A stretch of 64,000 bases of DNA. Origin: Callorhinchus milii (lineage: Eukaryota). The stretch spans positions 5,458,001-5,522,000 of the forward strand of contig NW_024704742.1 in NCBI RefSeq assembly GCF_018977255.1, in the 5' to 3' direction. The first letter of the stretch is position 1, and every line of letters begins with the position of its first letter. This document shows, one piece after another, positions 35,925 to 47,166 of this stretch. Under the pieces are notes generated by a model. That model did not search any database, was not told the DNA's origin, and worked only from the letters and a program-made list of their open reading frames with translations. The translations under genes were made by a program, and so were the position numbers.

Positions 35925-37025
35925 GACCGAGAGAGACTGAGGGGGTGAGGGACAGAGACAGAGAGGGTGAGAGTGAGAGACTGAGAGAGAGGGTGAGACA
36001 GACTGAGAGAGAGAGCGAGAGACTGAGGGGGTGAGAGACAGAGGGTGAGACAGAGAGAGTGAGAGATAGACTGAGAGGGTGAGAGACAGAGAGAGAGAGA
36101 GACAGAGAGAGAGAGACAGAGAGGTTGTGAGAGAGAGAGAAACTGAGACGGAGAATGAGAGACTGAGAGAGAAAGACTGTGAGGGTGAGAGACGGGCGGT
36201 GAGAGGGCGAGAGAGAGTGACGTGGTGAGAGAGTGAGAGAGAGTGACGTGGTGAGAGAGTGAGAGAGGGTGAGAGAGAGTGACGCGGTGAGAGGGTGAGA
36301 GAGAGTGACGCGGTGAGAGAGTGAGAGAGAGTGACGTGGTGAGAGAGTGAGAGAGAGGGTGAGAGAGAGTGACGCGGTGAGAGGGTGAGAGAGAGTGACG
36401 CGGTGAGAGAGAGGGTGAGAGAGAGTGACGCGGTGAGAGGGTGAGAGAGAGTGACGCAGTGAGAGGGTGAGAGAGAGTGACGCGGTGAGAGGGTGAGAGA
36501 GAGTGACGCAGTGAGAGGGTGAGAGAGAGTGACGCGGTGAGAGGGTGAGAGAGAGTGACGTGAGAGGGTGAGAGAGAGTGACGTGGTGAGAGGACGAGAG
36601 AGAGTGACGCGTTGAGAGGGTGAGAGAGCAGGTGAGCGAGAGTGACGCGGTGAGAGAGAGTGACGCGGTGAGAGGGTGAGAGAGAGTGACGCGGTGAGAG
36701 GGTGAGAGAGAGTGACGCGGTGAGAGAGAGGGTGAGAGAGAGTGACGCGGTGAGAGGGCGAGAGAGAGTGACGCAGTGAGAGGGTGAGAGAGAGTGACGC
36801 GGTGAGAGGGTGAGAGAGAGTGACGTGGTGAGAGGGTGAGAGAGAGTGACGTGGTGAGAGGGCGAGAGAGAGTGACGCGGTGAGAGGGTGAGAGAGAGTG
36901 ACGCGGTGAGAGGGTGAGAGAGAGTGACGCGGTGAGAGGGTGAGAGAGAGTGACGCGGTGAGAGGGTGAGAGAGAGTGACGCGGTGAGAGGGCGAGAGAG
37001 AGTGACGCGGCGAGAGAGAGTGACA
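35925..37025. repeat. (GA)-rich tract grading into a 26-bp minisatellite (about 30 units)
   Basis: Unit GAGAGAGAGTGACGCGGTGAGAGGGT from about 36200 to 37020. Confidence 0.95.
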
Positions 37026-37184
37026 GACTCACTCTCACTACGCTTACATTATAGGTAATCTGGACAGATTGGAAGAACCGTCCCATTCACTGCAGGTCTG
37101 GAAGGTAGGAGTCAATAAATCTGACCTTTTCCTGCTCTTTCGCTTCTCCTATTGCTTTCCACGGTTTAACTCAGTGTTAAAGTA

Positions 37185-37400
37185 CATAGAAAAAACAGCA
37201 CAGAAACAGGCCATTCGGCCCAACTGGTCTATGCCGGTGTTTATGCTCCACATGAGCCTCCTCCTGGCTCTTCCTCAACTAAGCCCATCAGCATAACCTT
37301 CTATTCCTTTCTCCCTCATGTACTTATATAGCTTCCCCTTAAATGTATCTATGCTATTCGCCTCATACCAAGTAATGCCTTGTTTTTCTATCCTGTTGTA
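37185..37400 (-). mobile_element. CR1 3' tail
   Basis: Matches a CR1-like terminus (aggccattcggccca ... cccttaaatgtatctatgcta). Confidence 0.7.
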
Positions 37401-37568
37401 TCCTCTCTTCCTGTAACCAGGCCCGACTGTACTGAAACCTGTCAGTTTAATTTTTTTGAATGATACGGTTAAGTACTGTGACTCCCAGATACTGACGGTG
37501 TTTAAAATTTGAACAGCAGTGCCCACCATCTTCCAGACTCAGGTGTCTGTTTTGTTCTCTCTTGGCAG

Positions 37569-37914
37569 AAATAATAATAATGATCCTCGTATTTGATATA
37601 GCGCCTTATCACGTCTACGAGACGTCTCAAAGCGCTTCACGGAATATACTGTAAAGTGAATTGACTGCATATTTTGTGGGCGAAACGCGGCAGCCAATTG
37701 CGCACAGCGGCGTCCCCACAAACAGTCGTGGATTGAAGTGACCGAGGAATTGTTTCCCCCGGAAAAGTGATCTTCGAATCGACTAACAACGGGGTTCCTA
37801 CTTACTGCTACGTAAGCAGAGGTGTGTGGAGTAAGGAAACTTGCCCAACGTTTCGCCCTGCCGGGAATCAAACCCAGGTCTCTCGCCTACAAGGCGAACG
37901 CTCTAACCACTGAG
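37569..37914 (-). mobile_element. SINE, older long subfamily
   Basis: Similar to the 11891 and 57884 copies. Confidence 0.88.
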
Positions 37915-38614
37915 AAATGGAGCATTTCAACTCTGTAGACTGGGGAAAATTTAGCTGGAGAGTGGTGATAGGGGCTGTGTGTGTGTGTGGGTGGGTGGGT
38001 GGAGGGGCTTCACTGGCTCCCCATCCCCCAGAGAATCGAGTTCAAAATCCTACGCAACACCTTTCCACCTGTAACCTGGTCTGACTGTAGTCACTGTCAT
38101 GTGCTTTATTTGAGCAGAATTGTAACAATGGTTTTGAAAGGAGGAATTTAGGGGGAACTGTGCCGGAAGAGGGCAAGATTATGATATCATCTAATGGGAT
38201 GAGAAGTGGCAACTGGATGTACAGAAACTGCGTGAATAGGTTCAACAGGGCAGATGGTGGAGCTCATGAGGGAGGATGAGGGATGTTCAAATGTGTGTTG
38301 GGCAGGGCAAGAGGTGGAGGTAGAGGACATGGAGGCAGCTGAGTGAATCTTGTCATTTGTGGGTTCCAGGAAGTCAAGTCTGCTTCATGTACCCCGCCTT
38401 GCCCGTCCCACTATTGGTGGGCAGGCCTTCAACCTATTTAACAAATGGAGCTGACTTGTGGGGAAGGATAGCCGTTCAGATTTTCACAGGGTTGCGAGTG
38501 TTGAAGGTGGAGGGAGGAGAGTTATTGAGCAGATCAATATAGATGCATGGTGACTGCTGATCAGCAATGACAACTCTGGATGAATTTATACAAGGTATTT
38601 ATGCTAATTTATAC

Positions 38615-38920
38615 AATACAAAATAACATTTGGGTAGCGCCTTTTACGTCGGGAGGACGTCCCAAGGCGCTGGACAGTCAGGGATTTGGACCCGAGCGGC
38701 GGGTAGGGCGGCGTGGAGAATTGGGATAAGGGAGGATAAGAGGGTAACCGAAGGCACGATCGAACAGGAGGCTCTTGAGACGTGCCTTGAGGGAGGCAAA
38801 GGAGGAGTGAGACAAGAGGAATATGGGAGAGTTCCAAAGGGTGTGGGCGGAGAGGCGGAAGGCCCGATCGCTGATGCTAGGGCTGGCCAGGCGGGGGGCG
38901 GGGAGCAGGCCGGAGCCTGC
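38615..38920 (-). mobile_element. L2 3' end
   Basis: Encodes DRAFRLSAHTLWNS...ASLKARLKSLLFDRAF; tail hairpin present. Confidence 0.85.
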
Positions 38921-39439
38921 TGAGCTCCATTTATCCATTGAGTGAGTGTATTCAGTGAGCAGTTCAGTAATACCAAGGTTCAATGCCTACCTGTGTTGGT
39001 TTACTTCATCTTAACCAGAGCACTACTAAAAAAAACAGTCGGGATCTCAACCTCGATCACTATCTGGCAACCTTACTGTGCGGGTGTGTGAGAGAGAGAG
39101 AGAGAGAGTGTTAAGTGAGTCAGGCTTTAACTCGGCTGTGATGTTCCATAATGTGGAATCATTTGGCAAAGGCCGTTGACAAAGCTTACATGGAAACAGT
39201 TACTGCTTGTTAAAGTGGGGGCAACTAAGGCCTTTCGAACACTTTCCCAAAAAGATTCAAACAGCTTCAGGACATGGGAGAACATTGGCAGTGGAGAAAA
39301 CTGGTTGCCTCCTCAGCAATATTTATCAGTGAGAATGCTTTATGGAAGTACTACGTGCATGTACATGCTGCTCTGCTTACTATGGTGTTCTTCTATTGAT
39401 ACATTTTGAACATACTCTTGTTTTTGTGGATATTTGCCA

Positions 39440-39965
39440 TTATAATAATAATAATAATCCCTCCAAAACAATAATAAATTGGTCATTTTCAATCCACGAC
39501 TGTTTGTGGAACACTGCTTTGCGCAATTGGCTGCTGAGTTTTGCCCACAAGTATATGGTCAATTCACTTTACAGCATATTCTGTGAAGCGCTTTGAGACG
39601 TCTAGAAGACGTGAAAAGCGCTATATCAAATGCAAGATTTATTATTATATTTATCCTAGCAACTGAGGTGCTCATCCAGAAGTACAGGTGAAATTAACAA
39701 ACATTAAGTGCCTCAAACCAACTCGGTTGTTAGTCGATTGGCGGATCACTTTTCCAGGGATAATAATCCCTTCAAAAATAAGAAAAAGGAAAATTTGGTC
39801 AATCAATCTACATCTGTTTGTGGGACACTGCTGAGCGCAATTGGCTGCCACGTTTCATCTACAAAATGCACAGTACTGTACACTTTACAGTATATTCTGT
39901 TAAGCGCTTTAAGATGTCTCGAAGATGTGATAAGGTGCTATATATAAAATGCGAGGATTATTATT
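39440..39965 (+). mobile_element. Two 5'-truncated SINEs in tandem
   Basis: Deu core plus tail occurs twice (about 39440-39650 and 39715-39965). Confidence 0.8.
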
Positions 39966-41139
39966 TATCTCTGACTCAGGCAGTGAATATAACTATTTGA
40001 AACATCTATTCTAACACAAAACTGTGTTGTCTGCCTTGACCAAAGATATAAGCAAAATCCTTTAAAAGTAGTTTTTTTTACTAATTATGTTAATTTTAGA
40101 ATTACTGATCACATGAAACACTTCTTTGATTTTTACTTTTTGTAAATCGATCTTATTTACGAAAACCTGTGGAGAGAGACAAAGCACTGTGAAGAGATAG
40201 AAGCGCATTGTTTGGCTTCTACTTATAATAGATAACATTGTTTGTGCCCCAATCTTAGACATTGACGGTTGGTTATCAACTTGAAAACTATACGAATATC
40301 TAAATTGCATGAAATTCGTCTGTTTCTTTGGGGGGTTTTGTAATTGAGAGATGATGTGATCACAAAACAAGTGGCTGTGCTGTGGTAAACTTGATTTGGC
40401 TTCTTCTGTGAATGCTGTGATCAGCAGTTCTGTGTTGGGGGGGGGTGGGGGGGGGGGACTGAATGCGGATTCCTCCAAATTGTGGTGATGTGGGTTGGTA
40501 GCAGTTACTGTTTCGCTTTGAAGGACTTCGTGAAATAAATGATCACAAGGGGTTCAGATGAAGGTCATTTTGCTCTAACCACTGAGGTATAGGACCCTAT
40601 GGTGATGGGCTTCCTTCCGCATGTGTCAGACCAAAGAAAACACACACACGTGCTTTTTCATAAATGAATGAAGGGTCATGGTGCTCTGTACTATCCTGGA
40701 TTCTGCTTCGTACTATATTCTCAGATTCTTTTACTATCTCCAGTGTCCCCTCCTCCCTCTTGCTGGCTTGACTGTGCTCTTTTTCCTCCGTACATTGCAC
40801 TTTGCTCTCTATAATCTCTCTGTATATCTTTATCCATTTGACTAATCAGCTACCTATCCTTAAAAGTGCCGAACTTCTGGCTCGTCAGGTTGCTGCTGAC
40901 GTCACTTCCAGCATGAAGTGTTGCTGGTGTCATTTCTGACAGAAGCACCGCTGAAATTATTTGCTGTTTGCGTGCACAGAAAGTGAAGTCAACAAAGACC
41001 TGGAAGTTGGGCTTTTTTTGCACGTCTTCCCATACTACTGAGATATTAGACCCAGGCAGCTGTGTTATAGTAAGAGATGCTCTGTAATATAAACATAATT
41101 GGCAAAACTGAATTGAATGCGGTCTATCTATCTATCTAT

Positions 41140-41827
41140 CTGATGATGCAAGGATCGGTAAGGAAGTAATGGCTTGTATACAGAGAGCAACCTCTGGGTA
41201 GACTGTCCAAGTGTGTTTGGAATCAGCGCCGTATCAAGGTTGCACTAAAATGAAAGTATTAAGCGTTTGTCCTTGCCAATCTCCTGTATGGATGTGAAAC
41301 ATGGACACTGTATAGAAGGCACACTCAACAGCTGGAAACGTTTCACACCTTACTTCGTATTAGGTGGCGGGAGAAAGGTCCTAACAATGAAGGAACGTGC
41401 TGTCAGTAGCAGCGTTGAGACTATGATAACAATGCTCAGCATATTTGGGCTCGATATGTCATTAGGATGAAGCAATATATGGTTGCAGAAGCAGGTGCTT
41501 TATGGCAGAAGAAAGCGGGGCAGACAACAAAGGCACTAGAAGGACACACTGAAGGTCATGTGAAGCAGTGCAAAATGGTCTTTGGCTCTTAAGAAACCCT
41601 GGCCGCCGATGGATGGCAATGGCAGGCTCAAGTAAGAGAAGAAGTGAAGGGCTTTGAGGAACAACACCATGTCAGTGTGGAAGCAAGACCTCAGAGACAG
41701 AAGGACTAGCAATGTCAGAGGGATTAACAGGAGGCCCCCCTCCAGGAACAAGGTTATGTGAGGCTTGTGGCAAGCGATGTCTGAGATGTATGGCCTACAT
41801 AGTCATCAACACACCCATCTGCCGTGA
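41140..41827 (+). mobile_element. RTE-clade LINE 3' fragment
   Basis: Encodes LLYGCETWTLYRRHTQQLETFH and the terminal GLHSHQHTH, typical of RTE ORF ends. Confidence 0.8.
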
Positions 41828-42774
41828 ACTTGTACTCCCTTAATTGTTGGCCCCGTCATCAGTTTCCCTCTTTTATCTATGACATCAATGGTTCTGTGAA
41901 AGTATTCTCTTAAAGTTACGAGACACGATCTCTCCCTGATCTGTGCTTATTTATCGGTTTGCTCAGTTACTCTGTCTCCGATGGTAGATTCTAGTAATTT
42001 GCTCACCACTAATGTTAAACTCAGCTAATAGATGCTTACTTTGCACCTCCTTGAAAAACAGAATGACATGTGTTGTTCTCCAACCCTCTGGCATAATTTC
42101 TGAATTTATTGAATTTTGAAAAATAATAATTAAAGCCTCTACAAGTTAGTCCATTATTTCCTTTAGTACCCTGGGTGGAACTGTCTGGGCTTGGAGTTTT
42201 GACTTGCAAGAGACTTATTGGTTTCTTCATTACTATTTTTCTGTTTATAATGAAGCCTTTAAGTTTCTTCCCCTTTCTGAAAGTTTAACCTTACCTGGTG
42301 CATCAGCCCCCGTTTCCACTGAAAAATTGAGGCAAAATGTTGATTCAACAATTCTGCCAGGTCCTTATCTTCTCCTGCTGTCACACCCGTGTCTGCTTTC
42401 AATGGACCCAACTCCCCTTTTACCACCCTCTCTCTTTTACTATCTGCAGTTTTTTTTTATCATATTCCCTCTTAGACTTCTGTATTTTCCGGGGATCCTT
42501 TTGGTGCTCTATATTCCTCCTAGTCTCACCACTGAACCTCGCTGTTCCATAGGCTTTTTCCTTTTGTTTACAACTTATGGTAATCGATTTATTTGACATG
42601 GTTGCTTCATACCTGCTAATTCTTCCCAATCCCTTCGACAACAACGACAAATTACATTTGTGTAGCACCTTTCATTTTGGGAGGATAAAGCCAAAATTGG
42701 CTTTAACTTCAAAACTTTGATTTGTGATCCACTTTTCTCCCCTTCAAAATCAATATTGAATGTTATATTATAAC

Positions 42775-43130
42775 AACAATAATAATCCTTGCATTTGATA
42801 CAGTGCCTTATCACGTTGAGACGTCTCAAAGCGCTTCACAGGATATACTATAATGTGGTTTTGACTGTGTTTTGTGAGCAAAACACAGCAGCATTGTCCC
42901 ACAAACAGCCATAGAGCGAGTGACCAATTTTATTTGGGGGATTGTTGGCCAGCACACCGGGAGAAACTCCATTCTCTTTTCGAATAGCGCCAAGGGATCT
43001 TTAACATCCACCTGAACAGGCAGACAAGACAGTGGTTTAACCTCGCTAAAGGATGGCATCCCTGACAACGTAACACATCCCCAGCACTGCAATGGAGTGT
43101 CAGGTTAGACTACGTGATTCCAAGTCTTAA
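42775..43130 (-). mobile_element. Deu-type SINE
   Basis: SINE tail plus ancient Deu-type body. Confidence 0.75.
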
Positions 43131-43680
43131 CGGTGGAACATAGTAGTCTCTATTTTCAAGCTTCTCCCTTAACACCAGATGTTTGTATCTATTTGTGTCT
43201 CATTACTCACACGTCAACTATGGGCTGTTCACGTGTTGGTACTACGATGTGCTGCTGTTTTAGAAAATTGTCCTTCATCCATTCAAGTAGGTTCACAGCT
43301 ATACCTCTCATTCTATATGCAAGTTAAAATCGTCCTTTATAATCATTTTTATCCTTACAAGCTTCCCCAAATCTGCTTCTATATAGGTTTCTCTATTATA
43401 TCATCATGGTCACGAGGTCTATTATAAAGCTGCTTACCAGTGTTTTACATCCCTTCCTGTTCTACACTTCTTCCCACAGTGATTCTCTCTGTGGGTCACA
43501 GTCAGGTACAGTGGAATCCGCTTTTGACAGACGCGTTAAATCGAACAAAACGCCAGGCCCCGATTCACTTGTATTGTCACCTGTTTTAAACATGCCCGCT
43601 AATCCGGAAGAAATTCCGGTTACTCCGGGCAAAATGCTGTCGCTGAATGTACTCACTCGGCCCTTCTGTGTGTCCGTGCC

Positions 43681-44013
43681 TTCAGCTCCCCTCTCGACTC
43701 TCTTCCCACTCCTCGCTCCCTCCCTTCCCTCCCCTCACCATTTCCCCCCTCCTCGCTCCCTCCCTTCCCTCACCCTGACCATTTCTCCCCTCCTCGCTCC
43801 CTCCCTTCCCTCCCCTCACCCTGACCATTTCCCCCTCCTCGCTCCCTCCCTTCCCTCCCCTCACCCTGACCATTTCCCCCCTCCTCGCTCCCTCCCTTCC
43901 CTCCCCTCACCCTGACCATTTCCCCCCTGCTCGGGTCATGACCCAACTGTGCAGTGCCTTGGGACGTCCTCCTGACGTGAAAGGCGCTTTATAAATGGAA
44001 TCTTGTTGTTGTT
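43681..44013 (+). mobile_element. L2 3' UTR with five internal tandem units
   Basis: Same tail as the 10312 copy; ends (TTG)n. Confidence 0.88.
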
Positions 44014-44049
44014 GTCCATTCAGCCACGAGGGCCCCCAGGATGTAGATG

Positions 44050-44267
44050 GGAGGAGTTAAATTGCGATTGACAGCGGACTCCAGCCATTCCCAAACGGCT
44101 GGAGTTGGACTGTCAATCAGTGAGGGGGGGGCGGAGGAACGGGGAAGAACAAGGGAGGGAAATCGCGATTGATTGACAGCTGAGCCGCTCGCGAATGGGT
44201 GTAGTCCATCCATTCACAAGCGGCCGCAGGCTGTCAATCACCCCAGAGCCACCGCTAATCGGTCCAG
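44050..44267 (+). promoter_or_regulatory. Candidate alternative promoter and first exon of SLC25A51
   Basis: Local CpG enrichment, four TGATTGACAG-type decamers, a GC box, two TCGCGA palindromes, and donor CCAG|gtaaaa at 44268. Confidence 0.55.
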
Positions 44268-44494
44268 GTAAAAATATATTTAACTGAATTTTGTGAGTAT
44301 CTTAACTTTAACTGGTTAGATAACGTTGCTTCAAGTGAAACAACATTAATACATATTATTATATGGCGACAGCGGGTTTCCTCTGCCGGGCGGGAATGGT
44401 ATTCTGGCTAACCTTGGACACCTCTTAAGTCGGACAAAATGTCCATCCCCGGTGTGTCCAACTTAACCGGCTTCCACTATATTATCCCTCAATT

Positions 44495-44895
44495 TAATTT
44501 CCAGTATATTGTCTTTTATTAATAAAGCTACTCTTCCTTCTTTTTTGTTTTCCCTCGTCTTTCTAAAGAATCCATATCCTGGTATATTCAGTTTCCATAA
44601 TCATGTCTCCAATCGCTATCACATCATAACCGTCAGGTGTATTTCAGCTTCTAATTCACCCACTTTACCTGTAATACTCCCAAGCATGTGTGAAAGTATG
44701 AAGCTTATCTACCTACTTTCACACTCTTATTTCCCCAACCTCCCTTATTTCCTCTGTTCTCTTTTATAATTGCTAAATGTCTTACCCCATTTCCCGCATT
44801 TTTATTTTATTTTTATTTCTGCATCCTTGTTTTGTCCCTTCTCTGCCATATTAGTTTAAATGTTTCCAAACTGCCCTATTTACCCTGCAATATAG
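44495..44895 (-). mobile_element. CR1 ORF2 endonuclease-region fragment
   Basis: Reverse strand reads NIPGYGFFRKTRE...GRVALLIK. Confidence 0.65.
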
Positions 44896-44972
44896 TGCTT
44901 GGGGTACAAGCAATTAGCTGGTTAGAAAAGCAGAGGGGAACAGAGGCCTGGAGATGATTTTCAGATAAAAAT

Positions 44973-45257
44973 ATAATAATAATAGCGCTTTTTCACTACT
45001 TCTCAAAGTGCTTCACAGAATATAGTGTAAAGTGAATTGACTGTATATTTGTGGGCGAACGCGGCAGCCAATTGCGCACAGCAATGTCCCACAAACAGTC
45101 GTGGATTGAAAATGACCAATTTATTTTGGTTTTGGAGGGATTATTATTAGGCTCTGTGTGGAGTAAGGAAACTTGCCCAAGGTTTCGCCCTCTGCCTGGA
45201 ATTGAACTCAGGTCTCTCACTTGCAAAGCGAGTGCTCTAACCACTGAGCTACAGGAC
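44973..45257 (-). mobile_element. Young SINE (left member of an inverted pair)
   Basis: Reverse complement of the 45401 copy over about 250 bp. Confidence 0.92.
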
Positions 45258-45400
45258 AAAACCACTGATGGATTGGAAATTGAGGATAAGGATCTTGAAA
45301 TAGTTTTGGGTTTCTTGCGAAGAAACGAGTCGGTGGAGCATACAAGGGTGCGGGGAAGCGAGAGGACTTGGGCATGGAGTTCTTCATTAAGTTTAAGAAT

Positions 45401-45724
45401 GGAGTCCTGTAGCTCAGTGGTTAGAGCACTCGCTTTGCAAGTGGGAGACCTGAGTTCAATTCCAGGCAGAGGGCGAAACCTTGGGCAAGTTTCCTTACTC
45501 CACACAGAGCCTAATAATAATCCCTCCAAAACCAAAAACAATAATAAATTGGTCATTTTCAATCTACGACTGTTTGTGGGACATTGCTGTGCGCAATTGG
45601 CTGCCGCGTTCGCCACAAATATGCAGTCAATTCACTTTACAGTGTGTTCTGTGAAGCGCTTTGGGACGTCCTCCCCGACGTGAAAAGCGCTATATCAAAT
45701 ACAAGGATTATTGGTATTATTATT
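45401..45724 (+). mobile_element. Young SINE (right member of an inverted pair)
   Basis: Full length; flanked by the direct repeat TTAAGAATG (probable TSD). Confidence 0.92.
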
Positions 45725-46296
45725 AAGAATGCAACTTTAGAGACTTGCTACTTCTCTTCCCCCTCGCCTGACCACTGATGGTGGACAGACAGGGTGGGTG
45801 GGGGGAATATGAAGCCCGCTGGTGCTTGATCGATTCAAAGGAATGGGCAGGTTGGTTTGGTTGAACAAGTTTGCAGAGTTAGGATACTGCAAGACAATGG
45901 AGGCATTTGAGGGTGAGGAAAAAGATCTTGAGCTGGACTCTTTGGGGGATGGGAAGACATTTGAGCCAGGCGGGGATGGGGGTGACTTTGACGAGAGCAG
46001 TTATTCTACTGTGGATTAGGTAGAAACCGGATTGGAGAGGTGCTGGAAAGGAAGCTGAGAGGCAACAACTCACTCCAGCACCTTGCTATCAGAAAACAGT
46101 ACTGAAGCAGTTTTCTCTTGTTATATTGATATTTGTTTATTAAGCCCCGAATAGAAATATAACTACTGTATATACAGACATTTAGCCATGCTTATACTCT
46201 TTCTTATTCTACAGGATGATGTGGCTTACTGAGAACAGCTTTTATGGTACCAAAGGATAAATCTGCACTGAATTGAAAGGATAAGGAAGCCAGAGT

Positions 46297-47166
46297 ATGT
46301 CAAAGGACGTTGTCCTCTCCAGGTCGAAAGACGAATCGACGCATACTTCCAGGATGGAATATGGCAAACATTATTTTTGTGGCTACTTTGCAGCTTTCAC
46401 TAACATTGCCATCACTTTTCCCATCCATAAAGTATTGTTTCGTCAGCAACTCCACGGTGTAACGATGGCAGATGCCATACGACAGTTGCAGCAAGATGGT
46501 ATGCGCAATTTGTACCGAGGGATTCTGCCCCCACTACTGCAGAAGACTACAACCTTAGCTTTAATGTTTGGTCTGTATCAAGACGTCTCCAGTTTCCTGA
46601 AGAGAAAGACTACTGCGCCTGAGCTGGTGACTCGCAGCGTAGCTGCAGTTTTAGCAGGGACTGCTGAGGCAGTCATGACACCATTTGAGCGAGTACAGAC
46701 CATACTGCAAGACCACAGACATCATGACAAGTTCACAAATACCTTCCAAACATTCAAAGCTTTGAGATCCTATGGTTTCAAGGAATATTATAGAGGCCTT
46801 GTACCAATACTCCTTCGCAATGGACCCAGCAATGCCTTCTTCTTTGGTTTACGTGGACCCATCAAAGAATTTCTACCAGAAACCACTTCATATAGTGCTA
46901 ATATGCTCAATGACTTCATTTGTGGGGGATTGCTGGGGGCACTGCTTGGAGTAATATTTTTTCCTATTAATGTAGTGAAGGCACGGATGCAGTCACAGGT
47001 TGGAGGAGAATTTCAGACTTTCTCGAGTGTCTTCAGGAAAATTTGGTTTGAGAGAGATGGCAAATTGTCGCTCCTTCTGCGGGGTGTGCACCTTAACTAT
47101 CACCGGTCAATTTTATCATGGGGCATAATTAATGCAACCTACGAGCTTCTGCTTAAATTGATTTGA
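46297..47166 (+). CDS. SLC25A51: Solute carrier family 25 member 51 (MCART1), mitochondrial NAD+ carrier; single coding exon (acceptor at 46214)
   Basis: 289-aa ORF with three mitochondrial-carrier repeats ([33 protein letters not shown]) and family-specific [17 protein letters not shown] and [19 protein letters not shown]. Confidence 0.96.
   Translation: MSKDVVLSRSKDESTHTSRMEYGKHYFCGYFAAFTNIAITFPIHKVLFRQQLHGVTMADAIRQLQQDGMRNLYRGILPPLLQKTTTLALMFGLYQDVSSFLKRKTTAPELVTRSVAAVLAGTAEAVMTPFERVQTILQDHRHHDKFTNTFQTFKALRSYGFKEYYRGLVPILLRNGPSNAFFFGLRGPIKEFLPETTSYSANMLNDFICGGLLGALLGVIFFPINVVKARMQSQVGGEFQTFSSVFRKIWFERDGKLSLLLRGVHLNYHRSILSWGIINATYELLLKLI

Larger units (their letters stand above)
34350..35930 (+). 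promoter_or_regulatory. CpG island and probable main promoter plus non-coding exon 1 of SLC25A51
   Basis: Very high CpG density, GC-box array, TGACG half-sites at 35559-35640, and + strand donor candidates CGA|gtgagt (35835) and CAG|gtcagc (35887). The nearest downstream coding exon is SLC25A51. Confidence 0.7.
43509..44479. mobile_element. Probable Tc1/mariner (Tigger/pogo-like) non-autonomous relic
   Basis: TA|CAGTGGAATCCGCTT at left and AACCGGCTTCCACTA|TA at right (about 16/24 inverted match); related subterminal repeats. Confidence 0.45.

Noticed and set aside
36200..37020. CRISPR-like periodicity
   Set aside because: There are no unique spacers, the context is eukaryotic, and it is a plain tandem repeat.
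34246..37086. Long Pro/Gly/Ser-rich ORFs of 400-520 aa
   Set aside because: Stop-poor minisatellites that are open in many frames on both strands.
43480..43505. 26-bp candidate 5' UTR micro-exon
   Set aside because: The acceptor is decent, but the donor (gtacag) is weak and overlaps the transposon end.
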